DNA from: Paraspadella gotoi
Taxonomy: Eukaryota; Animalia; Chaetognatha
Length of the DNA stretch: 64,000 bases
Assembly (NCBI GenBank): GCA_051294375.1
Contig: CM119265.1
Span: 6,581,489 to 6,645,488, forward strand
Reading direction: 5' to 3'
Below the pieces are notes generated by a model that saw nothing but the letters and a program-made list of their open reading frames with translations, searched no databases and was not told the DNA's origin. The position numbers and the translations under genes are program-made. The first letter of the stretch is position 1. Each line of letters starts with the position of its first letter. Shown here piece after piece: positions 21,341 to 34,365 of this stretch.

Positions 21341-24300
21341 ATTATTTCAGTGAATTTACCCTTTTTATATGCGTTTTTTAATAAAAACATTGTTTTTTAC
21401 GTTTCAGGAATTACGATGATGGTAAAGAAAAAAATCCTTTACCCAAACCACATTTAAGATTTTTTCAGAAGCGTCAAGAAGAAAGAGGAGTAAAAGAATT
21501 TAATGACTTGAGGTAAATTATTGTTCTTATTCAAAATAAAAATCAAATTAGTAAGTTCAATAATATCAAGAACGCAAAAAATATTGGCACTATTTTTGAA
21601 AGCGCCTTCTTTCTGTTTCTATTTCTTGAACTTAATCATTAAGGCGGAACAGGTTACAAACTGTCTGGTATAAATATTATTGTGTCCATCAAAGACCGTA
21701 AAAATTTTTTTTTATCAGAATTTGATAGAGCTTTAAAATTTAGATGAAGGTTATTAATGCAACTTTTAAAAATTTTAATAAAAAATTTTAAAAATGAATA
21801 AAAACGATTAAATTTATTGATTGATGATGAATGTTTTTTAAGGTTTTTTAATTTTTAAACCATTTATCATCAGAACTTAAAAAATTTATAATATTAACCT
21901 TTAACTTTTTTCTTTATCTTTAAAATTTAAAATTTAAAAAAAATTTTAAATATTTTTTATATATTAAATATTAAAATGCTTCCAAGCATGAGGAAAAATA
22001 CAATTCAAAATCTAACATCATTGATCACATTTGTTATAAAAGGACAACAAACTTTTATTGCAGCCAGTTTAATATTGCAAAAAATATTAAACATTGTGTA
22101 ATTCTCTCTTTTCATTATATTATTGGATTTAACGAAGAAACAAAAGTTTTTATTAGCATGTACAATGATTTATTTAATATTAAATATACATATTTAGAGG
22201 TTTTTAAATAGCTAAGTCTTTAGTTCACAAACATTAAGTTGGTGAGAGAGAGAAAAAGTTTTCAACAAAGGATAACAGTATAGTAAATTCAATTACTTAT
22301 GTAATAATATCCTTATAAAATTTTAAAATAGCTAAAATGTCTTAACTTATATAAGTTTTTATTACAGAGAATAAAAAAGTTTTGAATTTTTATTTTTTTC
22401 CCCGTTTTAAATGTTTAAAACGACATAATTTTTGATAACATGTTTTATATTTTTGATTTAACTTTTTATAAAAAATATGAATCTTTATTAAAAGTTAAAA
22501 AAAAATTTTAAATTTACTATTTTATAAAAATATTACAATAAGTATTTTACTATTTAGATCCTGAGACTATATGAACAAAATATTTTTTGTACTACTTAAT
22601 CATACTATTTCACGTCTAAATATTCTTGTTTGATTACTAAAATATTTTTTTTGTTCTTGAATGCTCCACTCTAATGTCCAATATCCACTCTAATGTCTCT
22701 ATTCCTTGTTGGAAACGCACCCCCCTCTCTCTCTCTTTCTCTTACCAACTCCATGTTTTTGAACAAAAGAATTAGCTATTCAAAAACAAGAGTCGAAACA
22801 TATGTTTTTTAATATTAAATAAATCGTCAATGGTTTGTTATATACTTATTTTCACTATGGAGAGACAGTCACAGTGCATAAGAAACAAAAATTTTTTTAA
22901 AAAATTGTTGCCATATATTTCGACTTAATTTCTAAGTCATCATCAGTGGCTGAAAGAAACAAAACAAGAAATCGTAAATGCCAATAAAAACATTCGTTTT
23001 TTCGTTAAATGCCAAAAATGTTAAATACTGGCCCGCCTTATTAATAATATCATCTTAATCATGTACTTGTTCAATGGCCATTTTCAACAACTCGCGTCGC
23101 CTTTCTTAGTTTCTAGTAAACTATATTATTCTCGTCGTTGAGTTAGTTTAACGATTCATTAAATGTAAATCTGAAAATTGTTTTATCTTCGTACATGTGT
23201 ATGTTTACACCTAAATAATGATTTACTTAATTTTTTTATCATCCCCTAGACGTCGCTGCATTCAAGTAACAGGAGGTGCCTGCAAAACTATGGAGGCATA
23301 CAATATGGCCAAGCTGCAGCAATCGGCGATGCCAATGGATTGGAATCGGCGCCGCGATATCGGCGCAAGTGACGCCATCGAAGATTTCGACGGCGCCAAA
23401 GCGCTGCTCTTATTTTTGCGACCCAATCAACGCGAGAAACCGGGGAAAAAGCCAGACTTACGATAGTCTACTGCCCTTACGTCAGAGCTGCGGCAAAAAC
23501 ACTAAATGTCATCAACATAAACCAAATTACATTAAAAATCAACTAAAAAATAAGAATACTAAATTATTAAAATATTTTTAATTTATTTACTTATAGTATT
23601 TCACAATAAATGAGTTGACCGTTATCTTTCACTCTTCTTCTGTGATCTGTTTTAAATCCAAGCTATCATTCAATAATTAATATTTATAAAAAGATTGGTT
23701 GAATATAAGCAAAAACATATCAGATTTCTTCGCTAATCCAAAATATTATGTTTGGAAACAAGTTGTCTTGAAAAAAATAATCAATTTAAGAGCATATTTT
23801 CACATCGTCTGTGTTCTGTTGTTCTCAGTCTTTGATACAATACTTAACATTGATTTCATTTTATGTATATTTGTCCCTGCATGAAATTTAAAAAAAATTC
23901 ATATGCAGTGATATAATTTAAAAAATAAATGATGTGCATTGTGCGTAATTTTAAACATTTTTAACATTTCTTATTTCTAAAGTGAACTTTTATTTCTAAA
24001 CCGATTGTACGGTATAATTATAAAAGTTGTTCGTTAATTGCTGTGATTTGCATTAATGATTGGATACAAGTCCTTTTCGTTGTTTAGACACAGGTCTAAG
24101 AGTTTTTAAAAGGATTCTTACTGGATTATGACCAGCTTTTCAGTGAATTATTGTGACACTGAAAAAGCTTTTCAAACGAAATGGCTTCAACAAGAATAAA
24201 CATGTGCTGCTAATCTTTACAGTTTATTACTTAAGTTTCAATACTTAAGTTTCAAAATTAGAATGAATCGTATGTGACAGTTGAGTGTAGACAACCATTC

Positions 24301-24583
24301 GGAGATAATTGATTACGATTAAATTAACTTATACATAGATTAAAGTTTAATTTAAACATAGGAATAAATGGAATTTATTACTTTTATTATATCAAGAAAA
24401 CTGTTATTCTGCTTGAAAAATTTCAAGTTTTGAACTTAAATGTAAAAAGAATAGCATAATATATTTTAAAATTAAGTATGATAATGACAATGACAAGAAA
24501 ACAAAAAGCCGCTCCTTACTTTGAGACTTAAAATTAAGCTTATTTTCTTAGTATTAGTAATAAGGGTTAAAGTTAAACATAGA

Positions 24584-24722
24584 CCAATTGACTTCATCGA
24601 AAATGAACCTGTTTCCTGAAACCTTCCAATCATCAGTCGCGGAACAAGATTCTAAACCGCGACGTCGTCCAATCAGAAGACGCCAAGTTGAGGATTCGTT
24701 CAGCCAATCAGAGAAAGCCACG
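24584..24722 (+). promoter_or_regulatory. ER-stress promoter: four CCAAT boxes, including a perfect ERSE (CCAAT-N9-CCACG, 24704-24722) and a one-mismatch ERSE (24669-24687)
   Basis: CCAATCAGAGAAAGCCACG and CCAATCAGAAGACGCCAAG; further CCAAT boxes at 24584 and 24626. Lies directly upstream of the HSP90B1 non-coding first exon (donor at 24842). Confidence 0.85.
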
Positions 24723-24921
24723 GTGCCCAGCCGTAAACAAGAACCTCTACGCCGGCGTCCCAACCGTAGTATCGTGGACTCGAATCGGGAATTGTAAACG
24801 AGTAAACTTTTCTTAATTTTTCGTTACTGTTTTATGAAAAGGTAAGTAACGTGTACTGTTTTAAAGAGTGTCCGTTACTAATGTAGTTTACCGAAAAATC
24901 TCATTTTGACAGTAGTTGGTC

Positions 24922-27583
24922 ATGTGGAAATACGTTTTCGTCGTCACTCTTTCCATGGTGACATTATGTTTAACGCCTACGGTAATCGAAGCCGATGAGG
25001 TTACTCCTTTGGAGACGGGACCGGACGTCGCTCTAAACGCTGACGCCGAAGCTGACATCGGGAAGTTCGCAGAGGGATCAAGAACAGATGATGAAACTAT
25101 TTCTAAGGTAAAAATTCAGTTAAAACTGCTCTGATTAGTATGCCGGACCTTGGGATTAATAAGCGATGACTTAATTAAAATAATAACTTTACCCTCATAA
25201 ATAATATATTATTTTAAAAAAATAGGAGGAAGAAGCTATTAAGTTGGACGGATTGAACGTCGCCGAGATAAAGGAACTTCGTGATAAATCAGAAAAATTC
25301 GCTTTCCAAGCAGAGGTTAATCGAATGATGAAGCTCATCATAAATAGTCTCTACAAAAATAAAGAGATCTTCTTGAGAGAGCTCATCTCCAACTCTTCCG
25401 ATGCATTAGACAAGATTCGTTTCATGTCGCTCACCGACCCAGAAGTAATGAATTCTAATGAGGAGATGTCCATAAAGATTAAAGCAGACACTGAAAACAA
25501 GATCCTTCACATCACTGACACCGGAATTGGCATGACCAAAGCTGATTTAATCGACAAACTAGGAACCATTGCGAAATCTGGCACTTCTGATTTTTTCAAC
25601 CGAGTCGCTGAGGGCGGAACACCCGAAGCGGTTAGCGATCTCATCGGTCAGTTTGGTGTCGGTTTCTACTCTACCTTTTTGGTCGCGGATCGGGTCGTGG
25701 TCACCTCCAAACATAATGACGACAAGCAGCACATCTGGGAATCTGATGCCTCGTCTTTCTCCATCGTCGAAGATCCTCGCGGAGACACACTGGGTCGGGG
25801 CACCTCCGTCAGTCTCTACCTCAAGGAGGAAGCCCACGAATTCCTTGAACCCAATGCGATCAAGGAGCTAGTGAAAAAATACTCCCAGTTCATCAACTTC
25901 AACATCTATCTCTGGACCTCCAAGACGGAAGAAGTGGAGGAGCCCGTCGACGAAGATGACGAGCCGAAAGACGATGAAGGAGAAGTTGAGGGATCCGAGG
26001 ACGACGACGCCAAGGTCGAAGAAGAAAAGGAAGATGAAAAGAAGACCAAAAAGGTGGAGAAGACCGTGTGGGACTGGGAGCTGATGAACGACACCAAGCC
26101 CCTTTGGCAGCGCAAACCTTCCGAGGTTGAGGATCAAGAATACCAAGATTTCTACAAGAGCTTCTCCAAGGACTCCACAAAGCCGCTCTCCAAGACGCAC
26201 TTCGTCGCCGAGGGTGAAGTTACATTCAAGTCTATCCTTTTCGTCCCGGACTCTGCCCCTCCCGGTATCTTCAATGATTACGGTTCGAAGTCGAGCCACA
26301 TCAAGATGTTCGTCCGTCGAGTCTTTATTACCGACGACTTCACCGAGATGATGCCCAAGTATCTAAGCTTCGTCAAAGGCGTCGTCGACTCGGACGATCT
26401 CCCACTCAACGTCTCTCGCGAGACCCTTCAACAGAACAAGCTGCTCAAGGTGATTAAGAAGAAGTTAGTGCGCAAAGCCCTCGACATGATTAAAAAGCTT
26501 AAAGAATCCAGCAAAGACGACTACGAAAAGTTTTGGAAGGAGTATTCCACCAATGTGAAGCTGGGCGTGATTGAGGATCCTACCAACCGAACCCGCATCG
26601 CCAAATTGCTTCGCTTTCAATCTTCCAACAGCGATAAGGAGATGACCACTCTCGAAGAGTACGTCGAGCGCATGAAGGAAGGCCAGACCCACATTTACTT
26701 TGTCGGCGCGGGTTCCAAGAGCGAGGCCACTGCGTCTCCCTTCGTAGAACGCCTTCTCAAGAAGGGTTACGAGGTTATTTACTTGGTCGAACCTATCGAC
26801 GAATACTGTCTTCAGTCCTTGCCGGAATTCGATGGAAAAAAGTTTCAAAATGTTGCCAAAGAGGGACTTGAGATTGATTCGACCGAGGAGGCTAAGAAAA
26901 AGAACGAGGAAATGGCCAAAGATCTTGAGCCGCTGCTCAACTGGCTCAAGGAAGACGCTCTAAAGGACAAGATCGAAAAGGCCGTCATCTCTCAGCGGCT
27001 GTCTTCCACTCCCTGCGCTCTTGTCGCCTCTCAGTACGGATGGTCTGGCAACATGGAGCGCATCATGAAGTCTCAAGCCTACAAGAAGTCGGAAGATAGT
27101 ATGAATTCGTTTTACGCGACCCAGAAGAAAACTTTGGAGATCAATCCCCGGTAAGAATATCATGTGCAAATCTTTTGGAACATAATTCAAAGTTTTAGAC
27201 TAATAAAACAATCTTGAATAACACATGAGCTTGTAAAGATTTTATGCTTTTTCAGGCATCCCTTGATGAAGGAGTTGAACCACCGCGTTCAAAAGAACAA
27301 AGACGACCAAACGACGAAAGATTTGGCCAACGTCCTTTTCGAAACGGCGACGCTTCGATCTGGCTTCTCTTTGTCAGAGACATCGTCCTACGCGGAGCGG
27401 ATCGAGCGTATGTTACGGCTCAGTCTCGACGTGCCCCTCGACGCTCAGGTGGAAGAGGAACCCGAACCGGAGCCCGCCAAGGAAGACGCGAAAGCGGAGG
27501 AAGGCGAGGAAATCTCGGCCGAGACTGAAGCCGGTGGGGAAGATGTCGTCGAAGGCGAAACAATGGACAAGGATGAATTGTAG
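24922..27583 (+). CDS. HSP90B1: Endoplasmin / GRP94 (ER HSP90); coding exons approx. 24922-25107, 25226-27150, 27256-27583
   Basis: Signal peptide, [68 protein letters not shown]-terminal KDEL. Confidence 0.98.
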
Positions 27584-27948
27584 GAGAAAAGAACTTTATC
27601 AAGTCTCAACAAACTTTTTAGAACAGTTGGACCAAACTGACTGATTTACATAGATTTCATTCCGATCTTATCCACCGTCTCTTCTCCCATTCAACTAAGT
27701 TCTTGCATTATTTTGCCATGAATTTCGATTAAGTATGCTAATCGCGTTTCATTCCTGTCCCGATTCTTTTTTTTTTTTGGTAGGACCATTTTATTCATTT
27801 TATATTATATATAGTTCGTTTTTGTCCAGGATTAATTGTAGTCTAATATTAATAGTTCGTCCATATTTAAAAGGATTTTTTAATGGTATAAAAGATTGAA
27901 AAATGAATTGTGCCATTCATGATTCTCCTGCGTATTATTTTAGTCGAG

Positions 27949-29843
27949 ATGAAATATTTAATAATCATCGCCCTTACGTGGGCCTTTGTCGCCGTTGACT
28001 CTTTATATTCGCCCGGCGACGGCGTCATCGATCTCACACAACATAACTTTCAAGCGAAGGTCATTGATAGTTCCGACGTCTGGCTTGTGGAGTTTTACGC
28101 TCCCTGGTAAGCACTAATCAAAAGTTGGGTGACATCATTTTACTATCGCCGACTAGGATTAAGGGTGTTTTAGGGTTAGGGGGATCATTTGTTCGCGGTT
28201 AACCAGTTTTTCGCTAGATAATTCATTTTTTACTTTTGTCTTAGGTGTGGTCATTGTCAGGCTTTGGCGCCGGAATGGAAGAAGGCTGCAAAAGCCCTCC
28301 AAGGTTTCGTTAAAGTTGGAGCTGTTGATATGGACCAGCACCCTTCAGTGGGTGGGCCGTACAACGTTAGAGGATTCCCCACTATCAAGATATTCGGAGC
28401 CAACAAGGATTCCCCCAAAGATTACAACGGCCAACGAACTGCTCAAAGCATCGTCGATGAAGCGTTGGCCGAAGTTCGAAACAGCGTAAGGTGAAAAAAA
28501 TGTACATATCCGGCCTGGTAGCAGTGCGTTACTTTTTTTTTCGAATTTATTTGACTTTAAAACTCCTGAGCTGAAGTTAAATCCACTTTTAACATCTGCA
28601 TAATTATAACTCGCTTCCCCAGGTCTCGTCTGGGTGGAGGCGGAGGAAGTTCTGGTGGTGGAGGTCGTGGAGGCAGTGGTGGCAGTTGCGGAGGTGGAGG
28701 AAGCGGTGGAAGTTGTGGGGGAGGTGGAGGAAGCTGTGGGGGAGGCGGTGGTGGAGGGGGTGGAGGAAGTTCCGGCGAGCCCGGAAAGGACGTCGTCGTG
28801 TTGACCGATTCCAACTTTAACGATTTAGTTCTAAATTCTGATGATATTTGGCTCGTGGAATTCTACGCTCCTTGGTACGAAGTGGAATTAAATAATCGAT
28901 ATACGTAGTTGATAGCACGTATAATAATGCTTTTATTTTTCCGTTGCAGGTGTGGACATTGCAAAAACCTTGCTCCGGCCTGGGCTGACGCAGCGACTCA
29001 GCTAAAAGGCAAAGTGAAAGTGGGTGCCCTTGACGCCACCAAACACACGATCAAAGCCGGAGAATACGGAGTCCAGGGATTTCCGACAATTAAATGGTTC
29101 GCGGGCGGCGGAAAAACTGCCTCCGATGCTCGGGACTACGAGGGTGGTCGAACTGCTAGCGACATCGTGAATTTCGCGCTGGAAAAGTTCAAGGCAAATC
29201 TTCCTCCCCCCGAACTCGTCCAAATCACTGTACAAGAAAATGTAGACAAAGCCTGCGGAAACAGCCAGCTTTGCATTATATCGTTTTTGCCCAACATTTT
29301 GGACTGTCAATCCGAATGCAGGTATTGACTTCTATATCAAAATACATTAAGAGTACTGCTTTTTAAATTTATCTACCATTTGACAGAAACAAATTTTTGG
29401 ATATTTTACGAACGATGGGTGAAAAGTACAAGAATCACGGTTGGGGCTGGTTGTGGACTGAGGGAGGTATTCAAAATGAACTGGAAAGTGCGCTGGATAT
29501 TGGAGGCTTTGGTTACCCCGCCATGGCTGCCGTCAACGTAAGGAAAGCCAAATACGCGCTTTTGCGGGGATCTTTCAGTGAAACTGGGATCCACGAATTC
29601 CTTCGAGCCCTGGCGAACGGCCGCGGATCAACCGGTGAGACTAAAAATCAAGGTTAAAATTGAAATGGAATTAAAATTTGGTTCTTTCTGTTTCTAGCAC
29701 CGATCAAGAACGCTCAACTCCCTCCCGTGGTCTCCAGCGATCCGTGGGACGGAAAAGACGGCGAGCTGCCCGTCGAGGAAGATTGGGATTTGTCCGACGT
29801 CGACCTTGACGAGGAAGATGAATCTCAAAAGAGGGAGCTTTGA
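27949..29843 (+). CDS. PDIA6: Protein disulfide isomerase A6 (P5), 6 exons
   Basis: Signal peptide, two VEFYAPWCGHC thioredoxin domains joined by a Gly-rich linker, [25 protein letters not shown]-terminal KREL. Confidence 0.95.
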
Positions 29844-30146
29844 GGTTTCTCTTCAGTCTTCGTTGCGTCACGTCGCCCCTTCCGACAACAAACTAAAATC
29901 CATTCATCATCCCCGGTTAACCAAGTCGATTCGAGTTTTGTTCTAAATTTTACATTCCAGTTTAAAATCTCATTACCGTGCCATCAAATAAAAAAGTTCG
30001 GTTTGTTAAGGAATGTTCCTTTTTAAAGTTAGAGCAAACTTCGAGGGAAATTTATTTTTAGATAGTTGCGTAACGCGTATGTTATTTAAATACGTCCGAT
30101 TATTTTTTTCATTCTCATTTTTTTAGACGACAGACTTAAAAACGAA

Positions 30147-30976
30147 ATGAAGGCTTACATAGTTCTCGGGTGTGTACTGCTGGCTTTTGTTGAGCTGATA
30201 AATGCCAAGAAAGGACCGAAAGTAACTCACAAAGTCTTCTTCGACATTGAGATAGGCGGCGAAAATGCAGGGAGAATCGTTCTTGGACTTTTTGGAAAAA
30301 CTGTGCCAAAAACCGTTCAAAACTTCATTCAATTATCAAAGGTAATAAAACTTTTTGAATTTTTTACCCAGCTTATGTAACGAGCCTACCATTTCTAGTG
30401 TCACGAGAGTGAAACGCCTCCGGCGGGGAAACTCTGCGGATACAAGGGTAGCAAATTTCATCGTGTCATCAAGGACTTTATGGTTCAAGGTGGAGACTTT
30501 ACCAACTTCGATGGCACTGGAGGAAAGAGTATATATGGCGAACGTTTTCCTGATGAAAACTTCAAGGTTAGAACTATTTCTCGATAAAATTTTAATTGGT
30601 GTGCGCAAAATTTATTTTGATTTGTTTTGTAGTTAAAACATTTTGGAGCTGGCTGGGTTAGCATGGCGAATGCAGGAAAAGATACCAACGGCTCTCAATT
30701 TTTCATGTGCACTGTTAAGACACATTGGTTGGATGGCAAGCATGTAGTTTTCGCAAAGGTGAAGCTATGGTTCATTTAGTTCGTTTTTAAAAGTTCGTTT
30801 TTAATGAAATACTGTTTCTTGAACAGGTTCTAGAAGGAATGCCAGTGGTGAGGAAAATTGAAGCGCTTGATGACGGCAGCAGCAAGCCTAAAAAAGAGGC
30901 GAAGATCGCGGATTCTGGAGAGATTCCAGTCGAAGCCCCTTTTGCCGTGCCCAAAGACCCGAGTCCTGAAGAATAA
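30147..30976 (+). CDS. PPIB: Cyclophilin B (ER peptidyl-prolyl isomerase), 4 exons
   Basis: Signal peptide, [65 protein letters not shown]-terminal VEAPFAVPK. Confidence 0.95.
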
Positions 30977-31156
30977 AAATAAAAACGTCAATGCGTGTCA
31001 TTCCAATTAATTTACTTCAGCAAGATTTTGATCTCGCGATTTATTTGTTAGGAAAAAGTTTTTTTTTCAATATCCTTGCGCTGTTTTGTTTTCAACTTCC
31101 AGCAATAGACTAATGTAGATGTTTGATTATTACGAGCTAGCTCACGTTTATAAAAT

Positions 31157-34100
31157 TCAAACGACTTTAACGTAGTCCTCTTCATTTTGCAAAGACGGAT
31201 TGTAATATCCTCCTTCCGGATACATGATCGTTGAGGAGACGTTCTTCATTTCATCATCTATGTCGAAGTAAACTTGGTCGTCCTTTAATAATCATAAACA
31301 CTAAACTTTTTAAGAAGTTGTAGTAACCGGAATGTTTTATGGGCGTTTACAGTGCGTAGATTCGAGTTTATAACTTACCTCCGACTCTTCAGGTTGACCA
31401 ACGGATGCATAGGGCAATTCTTCATTTTGCATAACTATGTATGCTGGATCATCTTCGGTTATTGGATCCGTTTCAACCTCTGCAAATTATTAAATTGGCA
31501 TATAAAGTTGAAAACTTTTGAAACGAGCCAGTTTTAAATTTTCCTAATCAACTGCTATCTATGAGTGGAATGAGTAGTGTAGAAGTCTGTCGTTAACAAA
31601 TTGTTTTTTCAAATTTAAATAATTTTGAGAATCCAACATGGATCATGGACATTAGCGTTTAAGCATAGGCTTATAAATCAGTTTGACTAATTTACCGTTT
31701 GGAATCGAAGGTAGCCGACGAATGCCGAAAGAAACGAAAGCTTCGTTCCCATTTGCACCTGGTATAGGTGAACCTAGTGTGCTGTCATAACCGAGGGAAT
31801 TTCTTTCAGCGCCATCCCAATTAACTTCTTCCAAAGCAACGTTATAGGTTGGATTCATTAATCCTACAGATCTGTAATTGGCATACTTTATATTAACTGA
31901 CCGGAACCAAACCGGTCGGTTGTTTTTTTATTCGCATAGATCATTATTTTTTTGGGCGTTACTTTTATTTTTACCGACCGGGGTTAGGGAGGAGTTAGGG
32001 ATAAGGGTGGTTTAGAGTTAGGGGTAGTTAGTAGAGTGGAGCACTCGAGAACAAAAAATTTGAATGATCGAACAAGGATATTTAGATGTAAGATAGTATG
32101 AATAATTAATACAAAACATATTTTGTTTATATTATTTTGGGAATAGAATAAAATATAATATATTTGTAGTAATATTCTTATAAAATAGTAAATTTTATAA
32201 AAAGTTGAATTAAAAATATAAAACATGTTATTAAGAATTATTTTTAGCATTTAAAATAAGGAAAAAATACATAATTTTTTTATTTTTTGTAATAAAAACT
32301 TATATATTAAAACGTTTTAATCATTTTTGTGATCCAAATATTAAAATATTATATAACATATTTAAAGTTTTTTAGTTTTTCCAAATCTGTTCTTAAAAAT
32401 TAAAAAAATTAGGAATTTAATGATTTTATAAGGATATTATTATATAAATAATTAAATTTATTAATATTAAAACAAAATTTAAAAGGATTAAAAATTTATT
32501 ATTTATAGGCAGTAAAAAAATGTTTAATCACTCAATCTTTTCATCGTTCCACCCTAGTAATTAGGGAATATTTAAATTTTTTTTTTTTTTAATATTTTTA
32601 AGTAATTTTTTTGAAAGCCGCCAAAACTGCGGTCGGCGAAAGTAAAATTTAGCCATTTTTTTCTTCATTGGGCAAAATTTAATTCCGGTAAGGTTTGGTT
32701 AAGGGTTGGAGGTGGTTATGGTTAAGGGTGGTGAGGGTTAGGGGTGGTTACTAGTTACGGATTGTTGGGGTAATATTCAAAAAACCAGTTCTTTATTTCT
32801 TGGTAATTTTTTTTTTACGTTTTTGTTCATAAGAAGTGGGAGAAAAGATCCAAAACAGTAAATGTACAATTTTACCCTGTAATTAAATCTGCTAACTTTA
32901 TTGTAAAAAAATTTAAATGGGAAATGCTACAAACTTACAAAGGTTTTTTTCGGGATTTTTTGATGATAACATAGAACAAAAAAGGTGTCACGATTACAGC
33001 GATGATTATAACTGTGACGAAGATAATTGTGATAGTTTTCTGTTGGGTTTGTGTGATGTTTTTTGTATTGTTGCCAATCGTTTCGCCTTGAATTAAATGT
33101 AATGAAGTGATAAAAATTTTGTTATTCAGATTAAAAAGTAGCTTTTACATACATAGACAAATTTCTGTTGAGTCGTTGCATAAAGCTGGGTAGTATTGAT
33201 TGCATTTGCATCCTTTGCCATTATCTCCACAATGGCAAATGTTACATCGACATGAGCGATTGAAGTCCCTGACTTCATATTTCAAAGAATCGGAGCAGTC
33301 GCATGCTTGAGAAAAATTGCATCCTAAATATTCACTACATTCTATTTGTTTCGTACCTCCTGTTATGTTTCGTTCGCTGTTGCAATTGCCTATTTTACAA
33401 TAACCCGGTTTTTAAGTTGGCTAATATACAAATATACAAATAGTAGTAATATTACCAGTTATATGATTGCATTTATTTTTATTACATTTGCAGAGATGCG
33501 TACAAGCTTGTCCATGCAATCCATGACAGCAGGCTGAAAAAATAAGAATGCTGTGTTATGACTTATGTTTTACTTAAGTTATATATCTGTTTCTAAATAG
33601 TCTTGCCTTCATAACAGTTTGCTCCCTGAAAGCCTGCGGTGCATTTGCTATCGATGTGATCACAAGTCATATTCGAGCAAACGCATCTTTCTTTGCAATT
33701 TCTTCCGTAATATCCAAAATTGCATGCTGGTTGTAAGAGTAAATTTTGTCATTCCACAAGTCGCGTTTTGAATGGCGATTAACAAATATTTAAAAATTGT
33801 TTCAAAATGGGAAATCATACTTGTGTCACAAGCTCTTCCTTGATATCCATCGTCACATACGCACTTATTCGGTTCGACGCATTTGCCATGTATGCATTTA
33901 TTATCGCAGACTGCTGCTGAAAAGGTTTAAATATAAATATCCTGGTACCCTATCGAAGCATTAAAAATTGTCATTTACAGCTACACCTTCTGAACATTGG
34001 GAATCTTCAATCGAAGTCCATCCTGGACAACACCTTTGGATAGTCGTGTTTTTGTAGCGATAGCCTACGTCGTAAACCGTAACATTTACTTCCTTCTCTT

Positions 34101-34365
34101 TGCACCTCCACGGAATGACGCATCCAAGTTCCCAAACAAATACTTTTTTAGATTTGACCACACGTTGAGTAAAGGATACTTTTTGACTACAGAAAATGAA
34201 TATGAATTAATAATTTTTTTGGTATTTATAAAGTTATTCTATGAACGGTCTTCGATATGAATTATTTTACCTAGTTGTCACGTTACAAATGTGATTTGAC
34301 GATATTGTTAACTTGATTGTTAAAAAGAATGTCATGGTTTTTAAGAGGGTTGTTTTGTAGCGCAT
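31157..34365 (-). CDS. EMI + multiple-EGF single-pass receptor (Draper/MEGF10/Nimrod-like), multi-exon
   Basis: EMI-like ending IQRCCPGW; EGF repeats (CDNKCIHGKCVEPNKCVCDDGYQGRAC, CNFGYYGRNCKERCVC, CHGLHGQACTHLCKC); TM segment ITIIFVTVIIIAVIVTPFLFYVII followed by KKSRKK; cytoplasmic NPTY and several Tyr motifs ending EDYVKVV*. Confidence 0.75.
31881..32877. mobile_element. Nested copies of the TAACCC-rich MITE family in an intron (inner copy about 31955-32654)
   Basis: The right end AAATGTACAATTTTACCC is the reverse complement of the 3061 end. The inner end GGTCGGCGAAAGTAAAATTTAGCC matches the 16764 and 3856 ends. GGGTTA-rich interior. Confidence 0.6.

Noticed and set aside
25559-27190. Multiple antisense and alternate-frame ORFs over HSP90B1 (likewise over AK7, DNAAF4, RAB36)
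   Set aside because: Shadow ORFs of GC-rich, codon-biased coding exons.
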